Source: Podarcis gaigeae (Eukaryota). Taken from it: 64,000 bases of DNA. Position 1 is the stretch's first letter. Each line of letters opens with the position of its first letter. The stretch lies in the NCBI GenBank assembly GCA_964106915.2, contig OZ066921.1; one strand, given 5' to 3'. This document shows positions 51,601 to 63,400 of the stretch, in pieces. Made by a program: the position numbers and the translations under genes. The notes beneath the pieces are model-generated. The model was not told the origin of the DNA, searched no databases, and saw only the letters and a program-made list of their open reading frames with translations.

Positions 51601-53698
51601 TCTCTCGTTGCCACAACCTCTTTATGTTGCAAGGCTTATAGTTGCATCCTTATTCCTTTACTTCCAGCCTACTCACCTTGTTGTCGGATTCATCCCCCAA
51701 GGAACCCTCGCTGTCGCTGTCCGTCACTCGTTCCTTGCATTTGAGGTCAACATCAGCAGGGTTGAACCCATCCTCAGCTGTAAGAGGGCAGAAGCCTGAG
51801 TCAGCAAGGCACCTGACCACCTCCAAACATCCCCCACTCCCTCTCCAAAACTCTCCTGGAGAGGCAGAGAGATAGGATTACTGCAAATCTGCAAATTCAC
51901 TTACTGCAAGTGCAGGCAAAATGCAGAGCGTTTATTTCTAATTTTTTGCAGTGTGTGTTAGGTCGCTGGCCCCCTGAAGAGATCTAAATTAGGGGTGCTC
52001 TGGGTGCAAAAGGGAGCTAAGTAATCAGAGGAAAAGAAGGTGCTGGTAATGGGCCAATAACCAGAGCACAACAAAACACTGCGCAGGACAGAAAACGAGA
52101 GGCAGAAATGTCCATCTCTTTACCTACCCGCAGCCCAGCTTTGAAGCAGAGCAATCTGGCTTCTGGTGTTCAGAGAATCTTGTTCAGTAAATAATCAAGA
52201 TTGCATTTCAATGCAGATTAAAAAGGGGGTAAAGGGGACCCCTGACCATTAGGTCCAGTCGTGGCTAACTCTGGGGTTGCGGCGCTCATCTCGCTTTATT
52301 GGCCGAGGGAGCCGGCCTACAGCTCCGGGTCATGTGGCCAGCATGACTAAGCCGCTTCTGGCAAACCAGAGCAGCGCACAGAAACGCCATTTACCTTCCC
52401 GCCAGAGCGGTACCGATTTATCTACTTGCACTTTGACATGCTTTTGAACTGCTAGGTTGGCAGAAGCAGGGACTGAGCAATGGGAGCTCACCCCGTGGCG
52501 GGGATTCGAACCACCAACCTTCTGACTGGCAATCCTAGGCTCTGTGGTTTGACCCACAGCGCCACCCGCATCCCTTAGTTACCTTTTAATGCCAGTACGC
52601 ACCACTACCACTACGTTCACAATCTAAAAAGCAAGTAGCAACAAGAATGGGACTATCCCACTCCTGTAATAAATCTCTCTTGGGATTAGGAAGACACGTT
52701 ATTCAGAATCAGACCACTGGCCTCATCTGCCTCAATACTGTCTGCAGTAACTGGCTGGCTGATGCTCTCCAGGGTGCCAAGCAGGCGTCTACCTGGAAAT
52801 TCCAATGATTAAGCCTGGGGTATTTTGCATGCAGGTCACTTGGCTCTACCGCCAAGAACATCCAGCCTCAATAAAGCAGCACAGCAAACTGCCTCACTCT
52901 GCATTCTATCCCACATGACGGATTGTGTGCAAGGGAATCAGGACATAGAGAAGCTTGTTTGAGAGCAGCTTATTCCACATTAACTAATGCAGAGTACAAT
53001 GATCTTGTGGTACAGAAAACACCTGTGTTTTTTTAATAAATGAGGAAGTCTGAGCCATTGTGGTTATGGGAGTAAGACTGAAGACTTCAATATGAATTCC
53101 ACGCTCCCCAAGGGGGCGTCATCACTCCTGTGCCCTCACTTTGCATCCCTCCCGCCACCAATATTTTGAGTTTTATCCCTCTTTCTTCCTTCTGTGGTGC
53201 AATTTGGTGATTACAGCAGCTTGCCTAAAGCTACTGTTCGAAAAGAGGTGGCTGCTTCCATCGCTGAATTGAGTTTGTGTCTAGAAGAGGAAATTCCATT
53301 CATTTATTTGAGCTAATAAAATTTGAACGGTTTGGGTAGCGGGGAACATTTGTTTAGCTTACAGTGTAATAGCACAGCTTGTCACTGCAGGTAAAGAACA
53401 GTCGGTGTTGCACTCTGACCGAAGTAAATTAAAGTTCCTCTTTATTGTCAAGAAAAACACGGTGGAATCATAGAATTGTATTGTTCGAAGGGATCCTGAG
53501 GATCATCTAGTACAGGTGTCTGCAACCTTTCAGACAAAAAGAGCCACTTGGACCCGTTTCCGAAGAAAAAAAAAACTGGGAGCCGCAAAACTCGTCATTA
53601 TAAAAATAACTTTTTTGTCACTTTTTTTATTATTTCTTTGTTTAACCCCTCAGAATTACTCCTCCTCATAGAAATAAACGTTAAATTAACAAGTTACC

Positions 53699-53730
<32 letters not shown>

Positions 53731-56558
53731 CTTCACTCCCCTTTCAAAACAGTGACCAGCGTACATGCCCCTTTCAATGCAGTGACCAGCGTACATGCCC
53801 CTTACAATGTAGCGGGCGGGCGGGAAGGTGACGTCGGGACGGTGCGTGACTAACGCCCCCACTGCCCCCATGCGACGTCACAGCCAGTACAGCGCCCGCC
53901 ACAGTGGGGAGTGTCGGGGCGCACAATGCGCCTCCTCCCCTCGCTAGCATCTGCCCCGGAGCCGCAGAAAAGGTGTAAAAGAGCCACATGCGGCTCCGGA
54001 GCCGCGGGTTGCAGACCCCTGATCTAGTAGGAATATGAGATCAAACCTGCAAACCTTGGCGTTATCAGCACCACACTCTAGCCAACTGAGCTATCCAGGC
54101 ATTCAGGACAGTCACACTATTCTGCAATCTGCATAAATCATGCTAACGAGCGCATATATTTACTTGGTTTGCGTATTTTCACTCTGCTTCTCTCCCAGTC
54201 ATGGAAAGGCAGTCCACCAGCCCATCTTTGCAGTCTTAAATGTTAGAAACTTAAGGAATTCTGAAGATGCTAAATCCCAAGTACTAATTTCCCAGTACCA
54301 TTTTCCATGCCCACAAACTACAATCTCAGAATACATAGAGAAAACGGATACCCCCCATCAATAATGGAAGAGTAGCAATTTCTTCATCCTTGCACTACAT
54401 TATCCGTGCAGCAAATCACAAGGTATTTCACAAAAACCTAACAAACCCTTTCTTAAATCCATGGGGGTCACAGCCTTTCCAGTCCCACCCAATCAACTTT
54501 AGCATTGTAGAAGTGAGAGTCAAAGATAACTTAGGGGGCCCAGCTTCTTTGCCTCTACAAGCTCCCAGAAATCGCAGAAAATCCTGCCTCCTTGGTTTCA
54601 CTGAATTTTACCAGATGTAACATCATTTGATAACAGATTAAGTACAAGGTTTGTGTGGCACATGGTAGATTTGCATGAATTTGGGTTTGCAGGACAACAA
54701 ACTGGGCTCCCATCGCCCCAGAAAGCAACTTTTTAAGTCATGCCCTAGAACAAGCTATGTGCGCCTATAACACAGTGCTGAATAACCTTCTAGTCTGCAA
54801 GGGGCAAACTCCTAGCAAGAGTTGGGTAGGTAAGAATATAGGTGCACTGATATTTATGGCACAAGAGCAGCACCAAGGCCATACAAGACCCCACGCTATT
54901 CTTGCTGCAGATGTGAGGGCAACAGTTGGCAGACCAACAAGCCTATTCCAAAACAGTGCAGGTCTTATTGATGAAAATCAGTCCTCCAGCTTTCAACTTA
55001 AATTTAATGCTGAACTATTAGTTCATGACAAAAAAAAATCCTTCCAGTAGCACCTTAAAGACCAACTAAGTTAGTTCTTGGTATGAGCTTTCGTGTGCAT
55101 GCACACTTCTTCAGATACACACGAAAGCTCATACCAACAACTAACTTAGTTGGTCTTTAAGGTGCTACTGGAAGGATTTTTGTTTTGTTTTGACTATGGC
55201 AGACCAACACGGCTACCTATCTATTAGTTCATGGTTTGCATCAAGTTCTTGAAACCACAGCATTTAATTAACGTGTCATCTTCCTCACCCTCAGTATATT
55301 TGCAATGTTCCTCATCCTTTGCTTTAGGAGGGGAGCAGCCATGCAGGAATTTAGGGCAACAAGTTTAAATACTACGAGCTCAGTGTGATTCAGGGATAAG
55401 CGAAAGCGTTGTGCTAGCATTTGGGGCAGGGACTCCTTACCAATGACATCGTCATCACCCTCCTCTTCGCAGATGACCATTCGCTCCTCGTCGCTGGTCA
55501 TGTCCTCGCTGGTTGTGCGCTGAGAACGGGAGGCACGAGAGGGGTGCAGGTGCAAGGAGTGCCTGGGGCCTTCGCCTGGGGTTGCAAATGGGGACCCCGA
55601 AGGGCCCAGCCCCCCGAACTGCCCCTTCCCACTGACGTACAGAGACTGTCCTGAGCACATCTGGAACAGAATAGTGTCATCTGTTAGAGCCTCGCATCTC
55701 CCAGGGCAACAAGGTGATCCTTGATCTGCGACCTGAAGGATTTTGTCAGGTCAGACTTCAGCTGAAAGAAGGAACTGGGTGGCAAAAAAAACAGCTGAAC
55801 CAACAAGGAAGCCCCTGAACTAGTGTAGGCCAGAAAAGGCTATGTGTGGTACCACAATTCCCTTTACAAGCTCCCAAGTCAGGTTACGTGTCTGAGCGAC
55901 ACTGCCTTTGCCTTGCATTCTTGCACTTTTTCTTGTCTGTGTGCACATGTGAGCTGGGTTTGTAGCAAGCAATAATCCCTTCTCCTTCCCAAAGCCTCAA
56001 TTCCCCTGGAACTGATCGGAACCCAGATTCTCCATGACCTCCTACTGCCCCGCCCCTCGCCGCCAGATCCCAAGAGTGTGCCAACATACCTGGGTGAGCT
56101 CCTGCAGCACCTGGCTGTCACGGTCGCTCTCCATCCCATGCACCCCACTGTGGGAGAAGGCCCGGGGGCGCTGTGCGCCAGGCCCAGTCGAGGGCAGGAT
56201 CCGCTCCCCATGGCCGTGGCCGGATCCTACCATGCCTGCCTTGCCCTCTGGCCCCAGCAGCACCTGCATCTCGGAAGGGCCTGGTGGGGAAGCAGAGAGT
56301 GGTAAGACAAGAAGGAGAGAGCCTTAAAGCAAGGGGCGGGGGGCAGGGGGGGGAAGAGAGATATGAAAGGAGCTCACCTCCTGGCACAGCAGCGGTACCC
56401 GTCTCAGACATGCTGCGTTCTCGGGTCTCCTTGGAGCATCCCCCTGGCCCCGAGGGCTTCACATCTGAGCTAGACTTTTTCCGATCTTTGTTACACCACT
56501 TCCAGTCAGGGTGTGCTTTGAAATGGGCTTCCTTCACCTGGTTTTATTTGGGGGGGGG

Positions 56559-56604
<46 letters not shown>

Positions 56605-59600
56605 TTGAGAATAGAGAGAAATGAAGAAAAGATACCTAGGCAACGTACCAGCTACTGAGGGGGGAAAGTGGGAATGGCTGTCGCAGACTCCATGCCGCAA
56701 AAGCTAAAATTCTGTGAAATGGAGATCTGAATCCCATCTAAAATGAGCAAATTATGCATCATTGCTATACACTGGGAAAAGAAACAAAGCAAGGCACCGC
56801 ATCCATGTTCCCTTTAAAACTGCTGCTTCTGAGATTTTACTAGGTTTCACCTACGAATTTTTCAAGCATATCTTGGCAACCTAAAGGCCGGAGACTTGCT
56901 TTTGTAATTACATGAAACTTTTGTAATTACATGAAAGCGGATATTCTTCAGAAACTCAGGTCTGCAACCATACAACCTTGCGTACCTTTTCTGTACTCCT
57001 GAAAAGGTTACATACATACAGCCCTGGCTTTCACCACCAGGCCCTGCTTAACAGCATTACTCTTGGGAGACAGAATGCTGGATGAAAGGAGCCACTGATC
57101 TAAGCCAGGCATGCTAGCTGCACAATGGGAGGCAACAGATAGGACGCCCGACTCGCTCTCTGTGTTACGCTCCCTAGGAGGCTGTACCTGGAAGGCCAGG
57201 TCGTGGTACTTCTGTTTCTCCTTGGGCCCCAGCGCGTACCACCACTCGCCTAGGATCTTGCTGACGGTACGGTTGTCTTGGTTGGGGTGCCGTTGGTGCA
57301 CCAGGGCCCGGTGTCGCTTGCTGAAGATCATGAAAGCATTCATAGGCCGCCGGATGTGATCTTTTTCTCTCTGCAAAGAAAAGGGGTGTGTGGATGCAAA
57401 GAGACCAAAGCCACCACTAAACTTATATTTCACCCAGGGTGAATTCTGAATACTGGTGGAGCATTCCGCAGATGAATGAGGAGAAGGGAGGTTGAGGAAT
57501 ATGAGAAAGAGAAGAGGAGATGACAGGAAAAGATCCCTCACCTTGTTAGGACTGCGCCCATCCTTTTCGGAAGATGAATCTCGGTCTTTGGGCAGAGCGC
57601 TCAATGACTGGGTACGACGCTTGCCTGGCAGCAGTGGGAGTTGCATCTCAGAAGATACAACGGACAGGAACCTACAGAAGGAGGTCCAATTTCACCATCT
57701 TCTCCAAACTATTCCCAGAGCCGCCACCTCGCCCGGGTCTCCTGACATCCTCCTTCAACTTAACCATGCTCCCCATTCCCTCTCTGTTTTAGGGTTCTCT
57801 CCCAACTGCCTCACGCCGCTCCTTCCAGCAGCACATTCCCTGATCCACTGTGCTGCGGTCCCACCTCTGTCGTGGACTTATAGCTTGCGCAAGTTGCCCA
57901 CAGCTATAAAACCGCTGTCTGTCAGGCAGGGTGGGGGAGCTGTGACCTCGCAAGGGTGTTGGAAAGAGAACCGCAACAAAGCACGATGGAGCAGCCCCGG
58001 AAGGCAGAAGAACTCACGCATCGTCGTGATCGCTCTCTGTCTCGCTGTCCAGGCGCGAGTGCCCTGGGACGTCGTCCTCCTGCTGGGCTGGCCCTCCGCT
58101 CCCTCCAGGAGTCGCCGCTGATGGCTGGGAAACTGGAGTCGGGCTGTCAGGGTGCGAAGTGTTTGGCCTCCCTGCTTCGGCCCCCGAAGACACGCCGGGG
58201 AGCTCATGGGCCACGGCAGCTGATTCTGGAGGTTCTGAAATGGAAAGCCTCGGGTGAGAATGAACAGCCATGCGCTCTTGCGGAGGAGGGCAAGGAGTTG
58301 CACGCATGCCCGGTCCTACCTGCTGGCCTGTCCCGTAGCAGGAAGCCTAGGTGGAAATTCTGCACCCGCCCCCTTTCTTCCCCTCGTCCCGCCCTGCACA
58401 CTTGCCTTTGTTCTGATTGGATGTAGACGGGTGGCTGACAGGCTGCTGGCCTTCGGTCGGTTGCACGGAGGAATCGGGCTGGCTGGGAGCCAGGAAGGGC
58501 ACAAGGGAGTGCCATGGGAATACAGCCACAGACCGTGGCTCCACATTTGTCCACACTGGAAGGAACGGGAGAAGAAAGAAAGTGTTGCAACAGTCAGCTC
58601 AGACCAGCAAGTAAAATAAAGGGAATAGGAGACTGGGAGTCGGGACTCCAAGGTTGAATCACAGTCCAAGCCTCCCTTCCTCCAGTTCCCTTTCTCTCTC
58701 ATGCACACCTCTAACAGCCTCATCCCAGTTACAGCTCATACCAAGAACTGACTTAGTTGGTCTTTAAGGTGCTACTGGAAGGAATTTTTTTTGTTTAGCC
58801 TCATCCCAGTTGCGTTTCCGTCCTCAGTCCTAGCAGCCACAATCTGTGCCATGCCTTATCGCTGGCTTCTAGGTCCCTGGGGGTGGGAGAGATTTTCTCC
58901 TTTGCCTGCCAGGAAGCAACACTCCCCCTCCTCCGCCCTTCCCAGCTGGAAGCCAGGCAAAGGAATTTTACAGCTGCAGGAGGGGAAGGGGAGGGAAGGG
59001 GTGAGGGGCCCAGCTCACTCAGACTCCCACGCTTGCTGGGGCAGCCAAGCTACTTGGCTCCATCCCAGCCAGAGGGCTTGAGAGCATCCTCAGGAGCTCA
59101 GGCTGCGTGGGGCAAGGGAAGCCAAACGGCGCCCCAGGGTTGTGCCCTCAGGAGAAGAAGGTCCTCCCCACCTAGGAAGAAGTGTCCATAGACATCAGCA
59201 CTGCCCCCCATTAGAAGCTATTCCTTGAAGGTGGAAGTGATCTGCTTGCACTGGCTCTCCCTCCCATCACTTCCTGCTGCCCCTGTATCAGGCTAAGCAA
59301 GACTTCCTTCTTGGGGTTCCAAGAAAAGGCTATTATTGCGCAGGGGAGAGAGACCTGAGCTGGCTTGCATGTGTTTGCGTACGCGTGTGCACACACAATC
59401 AAATTTGCAACGTCTGTACTTCCTGGTTCTATGGCACCCAAAAAACAAACCGTATATGCAACACCAGTAAGCTGAAAATATTGTGAAAACACCTCTATGG
59501 CACGTGGATCCACAGTGTCCACTACAGCTTAACTAAACCAGTGTGACTAAACCAGAGCCTTGCACCACTGCAACAAACCACATCATGTGTTGTTGTTTTT

Positions 59601-61799
59601 TACAGGAAACAACCCAGGACACATTGCAGGGCTGCCTTGATCAACTTCAGTCACACAGTGGCGGCAGCAGGGCTCTGTTTCAGCATCAAACACACAATTA
59701 GTGCCACCTCTACCACCGTCCCACAAACAGCCTCTACAAAACACAGCTGACATGCATAACTGGAAAACTACATGCTTATCAGTTGTGCGCAAAGATGCCT
59801 CAGGCTTAATTCTGTGGAGTGAGTAGTGTTGATTCTAAACAACAGCACAAACTTAAAGCACAACCTAACATACTTTATGCTACCCTCATCCCTGTGAAGC
59901 AACTGCTGCTCAGGGTCACCTGCGTTCTTAAGTGCTCAGCACTTCACAAGCAATAACATACCTACCAGAAAACCAATTCATACTTAGTTTTGACTATACT
60001 TTGGTGGAATAATACACAGAAGGCCAAAGGTTTGATCCCTGGCATCCCCAGCTAAAAAGGTCAGGTTGGGAAATGCCTCTACCAGATGTCCTGGGGTGCT
60101 GCTGCCAGCCAAAGTAGGCAATGCTGAGCTAGATGGACAAATAATCTGTCCTGGTATATAAAGTTTCCCATGTTCCTGCATTGCTCATCATTCCTTTGCA
60201 GGCTGGGGGTTTTCAATTTTATTTGGATTTTACTTATGGTTTGGGATTTTTTTTTTAAAAGAGGACGTACTTATTTGATAAGAAGAATGCTAAAATCATA
60301 ATAGAACCGGGGGGGGGCTCTACTTTCCAGAAAGAAAAGGATAGTTCTATTCCCACTGCTAAGCCCCTTTCCCATCATTCCTCTCTCTCTCTTCCTTCCT
60401 TTGCATCCCCTGATGGATCAGTCACATCGCTCCTGTGCCTGCGTGTAAAGTTAACTCAATTATTAAAAGCACTCAGCGCATCGTGGTTGGACTGTGCCGG
60501 GAAATGCTGGCTCAGTGGCTTCCTGTCCTCCGGCTGGTGACCACATCCCTATGCGGAGGGGGAGGATGAGAAGGGAGGGGGGCAACAGCAGAAGGAAGGG
60601 CACGAAATAGTAAGACCCTCCCTCCGGTCTCTGCAAAGCAACAAGGCTCTTAAAATGTCACGACTGGAGGCTGCCCCCCCCACCCCCAAGTAAAGATTAC
60701 TGATTTAGCTTCCAAGATTGAAGCCGCTGTCCATCGAGAAAAACTACAACACACGTGATGAAGAAAGTACAGACACAGGGCTCGTCTGAAGTGGCACCAT
60801 GTGGAATCATGGCATCCCGCGTCCTTTCCTGACCCCCAAGATGCCCCCATCCAACACAGAGAACAGGACAAGAAATCCAGTTTCATAAACCAACCGCAAG
60901 CCCACCACTATTCTCTAAGCCTCGATTTCTCATCTACAGAGGTGGAGACAAAGCAAGCAAGTTCACAGAGCTGGCATGGATGCAAGACATGGCATGCAAA
61001 TTAAAAGAACTGAAAGCATGAAAACAGCAAAACATGGAATCTTTCTCCAATCACCTTTCCACAGAGGATGCTAATAAAGGGGTGGGGAGGAGAGGGGAGG
61101 AGTGCCCATAGGGAGGGGCTTCAGACAAAACAGGGTGCCCAGCTGTAAACTCAGTCAGGGTTGCCACCTTTACCACAGGCTGCTCTGTCTTTTTACTGCA
61201 TCCAGAAATGCTGGAAAAAACACTGCTGTTCTGTCACTTGCAACATCTCCAACTCCCAAGAAAAAGTTCACCTGGGTGCCAAGCTGCTGTTAGCATAATG
61301 GACCAGCAAACACAATATTGCAAATTAAAGTATCCAACATTTGCTCCTTGTCTTAAGACAAGGAATAGAAATAGTAGCCACGGAAGGGGGAGAGGGAAAC
61401 TTTGAATAGCAATCCCCATCTGCAGCCAAATGACCTCCTGAACTTAAAAGGGGACTATGTGAATGAAATGGAAATATCAAGGAACCCACGCCCCCTTCCA
61501 TCCTGCAGATTTCACCTCTACAGTCATCTTAGTATGAAATGGAAGACACCCTCAATCTCTTGCGACACAAGAAAGGTTAAAGGTCAGCCTCAGGTCAACT
61601 ATATCTTCCAAATCACCCATCTTTCCAGCATGAAGAGAGTACGAGGGAAGACCAAGGCGTGCCTTGCATGTCTCCATACACAAACAAATCCACCTTTCAG
61701 AATTACCACTCTGCAACCCAGAATTCACTGACCGAACATGCCTAGCCCCCTGTGCGGCAGAGGGGGCAACGCTGACGGGGGTCTTTCTGTGGAGAACAT
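39638..61799 (-). CDS. CIC: Capicua transcriptional repressor, short isoform (CIC-S), 20 exons, about 1677 aa
   Basis: Exons: 61799-61733, 58555-58406, 58234-58018, 57671-57542, 57370-57188, 56537-56378, 56280-56090, 55660-55441, 51777-51677, 51162-49893, 48770-48550, 47256-47090, 46937-46744, 46600-46331, 45631-45177, 44559-44288, 42777(42780)-42626, 41747-41616, 41363-41232, 39987-39638 (5034 nt, phases compatible). Motifs: ATXN1-binding [22 protein letters not shown] 14-3-3 site, HMG box [17 protein letters not shown]..., C2 DLKCKERV, and C1 domain RRALVMQLF...[15 protein letters not shown]. The CIC-L-specific exon would lie beyond the window. Confidence 0.97.
43483..43803 (+). mobile_element. 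CR1 LINE 3' fragment
   Basis: ORF2-end-like sequence (GGAAAGGAGATTC...AGGAAGAACTTTCTGAC) and CR1 terminus GGACTAGATGACC...TTCTATGACTCTA. Confidence 0.8.
47651..47890 (+). mobile_element. Squam3-like tRNA/CORE SINE
   Basis: Near-identical to 1585-1850. Confidence 0.82.
52221..52574 (-). mobile_element. Sauria SINE, full length
   Basis: The - strand begins GGGATGCGGGTGGCGCTGTGGGTCAAACCACAGAGCCTAGG, has a GGTTCGAATCC B box, and ends in an (ACCTTT)-like tail. Confidence 0.88.
53465..54096 (-). mobile_element. tRNA-Ile-derived SINE with CR1 tail, split by a hAT element
   Basis: - strand head GGATAGCTCAGTTGGCTAGAGTGTGGTGCTGATAACGCCAAGG...; tail ACTAGATGATCC...TTCTATGATTC. Confidence 0.75.
53513..54021. 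mobile_element. hAT (Charlie/Buster-like) non-autonomous element
   Basis: 15-bp TIR with one mismatch (CAGGTGTCTGCAACC / GGTTGCAGACCCCTG); perfect TSD ATCTAGTA; internal (TG)n and a 30-bp tandem duplication; CpGs still retained. Confidence 0.92.
55028..55220. mobile_element. Penelope-like retroelement remnant with inverted pLTR arms
   Basis: 64-bp inverted repeat (55034-55097 / 55118-55181, 1 mismatch), flanking 13-bp direct repeat CTATTAGTTCATG, and an embedded hammerhead core. Confidence 0.75.
55081..55118 (-). ncRNA. Minimal type I hammerhead ribozyme motif
   Basis: - strand GUAU-CUGAAGA-A-GUGUGC(AU)GCACAC-GAAA-GC-UC/AUAC: stem I GUAU/AUAC, CUGANGA box, 6-bp stem II, GAAA box, palindromic AGCU stem III, UC cleavage site. 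Confidence 0.8.
56561..56599. repeat. (GA)n microsatellite preceded by a G run
   Basis: Direct inspection; it forms the polypyrimidine tract ahead of CIC exon 6 on the - strand. Confidence 0.95.
58731..58796 (+). mobile_element. Short fragment of the same Penelope-like element
   Basis: AGCTCATACCAAGAACTGACTTAGTTGGTCTTTAAGGTGCTACTGGAAGG matches the arms at 55034-55181; 15-bp flanking direct repeat AGCCTCATCCCAGTT. Confidence 0.75.
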
Positions 61800-62439
61800 C
61801 CCAAGGCGTGTTGAGCCGTTGTCCTGAGGGCAGGTGGACCACGTGTCTCTCAGCTGCCCAGTCCGGAGAGCATTCTCCCCCTGCCCTTGCCCTGGGGAGG
61901 GAGGCGTGGGGGGTGGTTTCTTTAACAGGCCCACTGAAGTCTGCAGCTTTGGGTGCGCGCTGGGTCAGCAAGCCAGTTCCCCTCCACGGCAGAGGGCCGC
62001 CTTAGAAAGTCCCATGCGGGGCGAAGGCCAGCTGGATGTCAACAGTCTGAAGGCTCACCACCCCACTGCCGCCCATGTGCAACAGCAGCAGCAGCAGCAG
62101 GAGGGGCAACACTCTTCTACGGCCTGCTCTGGTCCTCCTCACAGGCGCAGCAGCGTGTCCGGCAGTCGGCATGGGGTAAGTTAGGAAACATTTTAGGGTG
62201 GGGGAGCAGAGGGAGGCGAGGTAGGTAGCCGTGTGGCGGTGGCATGTGTGTGCGTGCACCCATGTGCCAAGCCGGCTGCTCTGGCAGTGTGTGCAAAAAG
62301 AGAGGGGCGTGTGGGTCCAGCAGTGTTGAGAGGAAGGTGCTGGTGGGAGAGAAAGAGAGAGAGGGAAGGAAATACAGGCTGCTTTGAGGTGCAGTTTCTA
62401 GAGGTGGGTGTGTGCGAGTATGCAAGGGCACTTTAGCAC

Positions 62440-63400
62440 CTCAGCGATGAAAGCGGGTGGGTAGGAAGGAGAGGGGTTGGAAGGGGGGCGGAGAGAGAGG
62501 GCGCCCACACCGCCTGCCCCGATCCCCGGCCAGAGGCTTGTCGCCTGGCAGGATTACGGTGTGCGCGCATTGGGAAGGCAGGAAGAGATCGGGGAGGGGG
62601 GAGGGGAGGGAGGGGAAGGGGAGAGGTCGCGAGTTGTCCGCCTATTCCCGTCTGCCCGCCTCCCCTTCCTCCTCCTCGCAGCCACTGTCGGCGACAGGCG
62701 GGCGGTTGCTTGTCGCGGAGCGTCTTGACGGAGACGGAGGGAGGAGGCTGTCGCTGCTGCTGCTCCGCCTGTCGCGCCGTCCCCTCCGGTTGTAACGTTG
62801 TAACCAAACACCATTCACTGCCTGCCCGCCTCCTCCTCCCTCTCCCGGCCGCTCCGGGCTACGAACAAGGGCGGCCCCCTCGCCCGAACCGCCCTCCTCT
62901 CGCTCTCCTCGCCCGCTCCCTCCTTCTTCTTCTCCTCACTCACTCGCTCGCTCTCCCTCACACACACTCACACAGACTGCCGTCGTCACGCATGCCCAAT
63001 TAGCCCCCGCCGCGCCATTGGCTGCCGCCGCGCTGGGTCATTCACATGCAAATGAGCACCCCTCCCTGCCGCACGCACCGCGGCCGCCCATTGGCCGCCC
63101 CTGGAATGTCAGTCATATGCAAATCCGCGAGCCGCCGCGAGGGTGGCGGTGGGGGTGAAGGAACGGATCGCGGGGCGGGAGAAAGAGAGAGAGAGGTGGG
63201 GGGGGGTGAGAGGGATTCCCATTGGCCGTGGTTTACTACCAGTCGCCTTCTCCTCCTCTTCTCCCGCCTCCCGCGGCTCCCCCCCCCGTCTTCTCTCTTG
63301 TACTCTACCGCCGCCTCAGGCCCGCCCGTCGGAACCCAGGGAGAGAGGGAGAGACCACGCCCGGGGAGGGGGGGGGAGCGGAGGAGAGAAAAAGGGAGGC
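62440..63400 (-). promoter_or_regulatory. CpG island / CIC-S promoter
   Basis: Dense CpG; four CCAAT/ATTGG boxes (about 62996, 63017, 63090, 63221); two ATGCAAAT octamers (63046-63053, 63117-63124); GC boxes. Confidence 0.8.

Noticed and set aside
54035-54096. tRNA-like sequences here and at 37408, 30498, 1585, 47651, 7990-8060 and 10430-10490
   Set aside because: They have broken stems and attached LINE-type tails, so they are SINE heads rather than tRNA genes.
55034-55181. Long hairpin considered as a microRNA gene
   Set aside because: The near-perfect arms, flanking TSD and a second dispersed copy indicate a retroelement origin, and no known mature miRNA was recognised.
62014-62181. + strand poly-Q ORF ending at a strong GTAAGT donor (possible antisense exon)
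   Set aside because: No upstream promoter or downstream acceptor or exon is evident. The poly-Q is simply the CAG tract.
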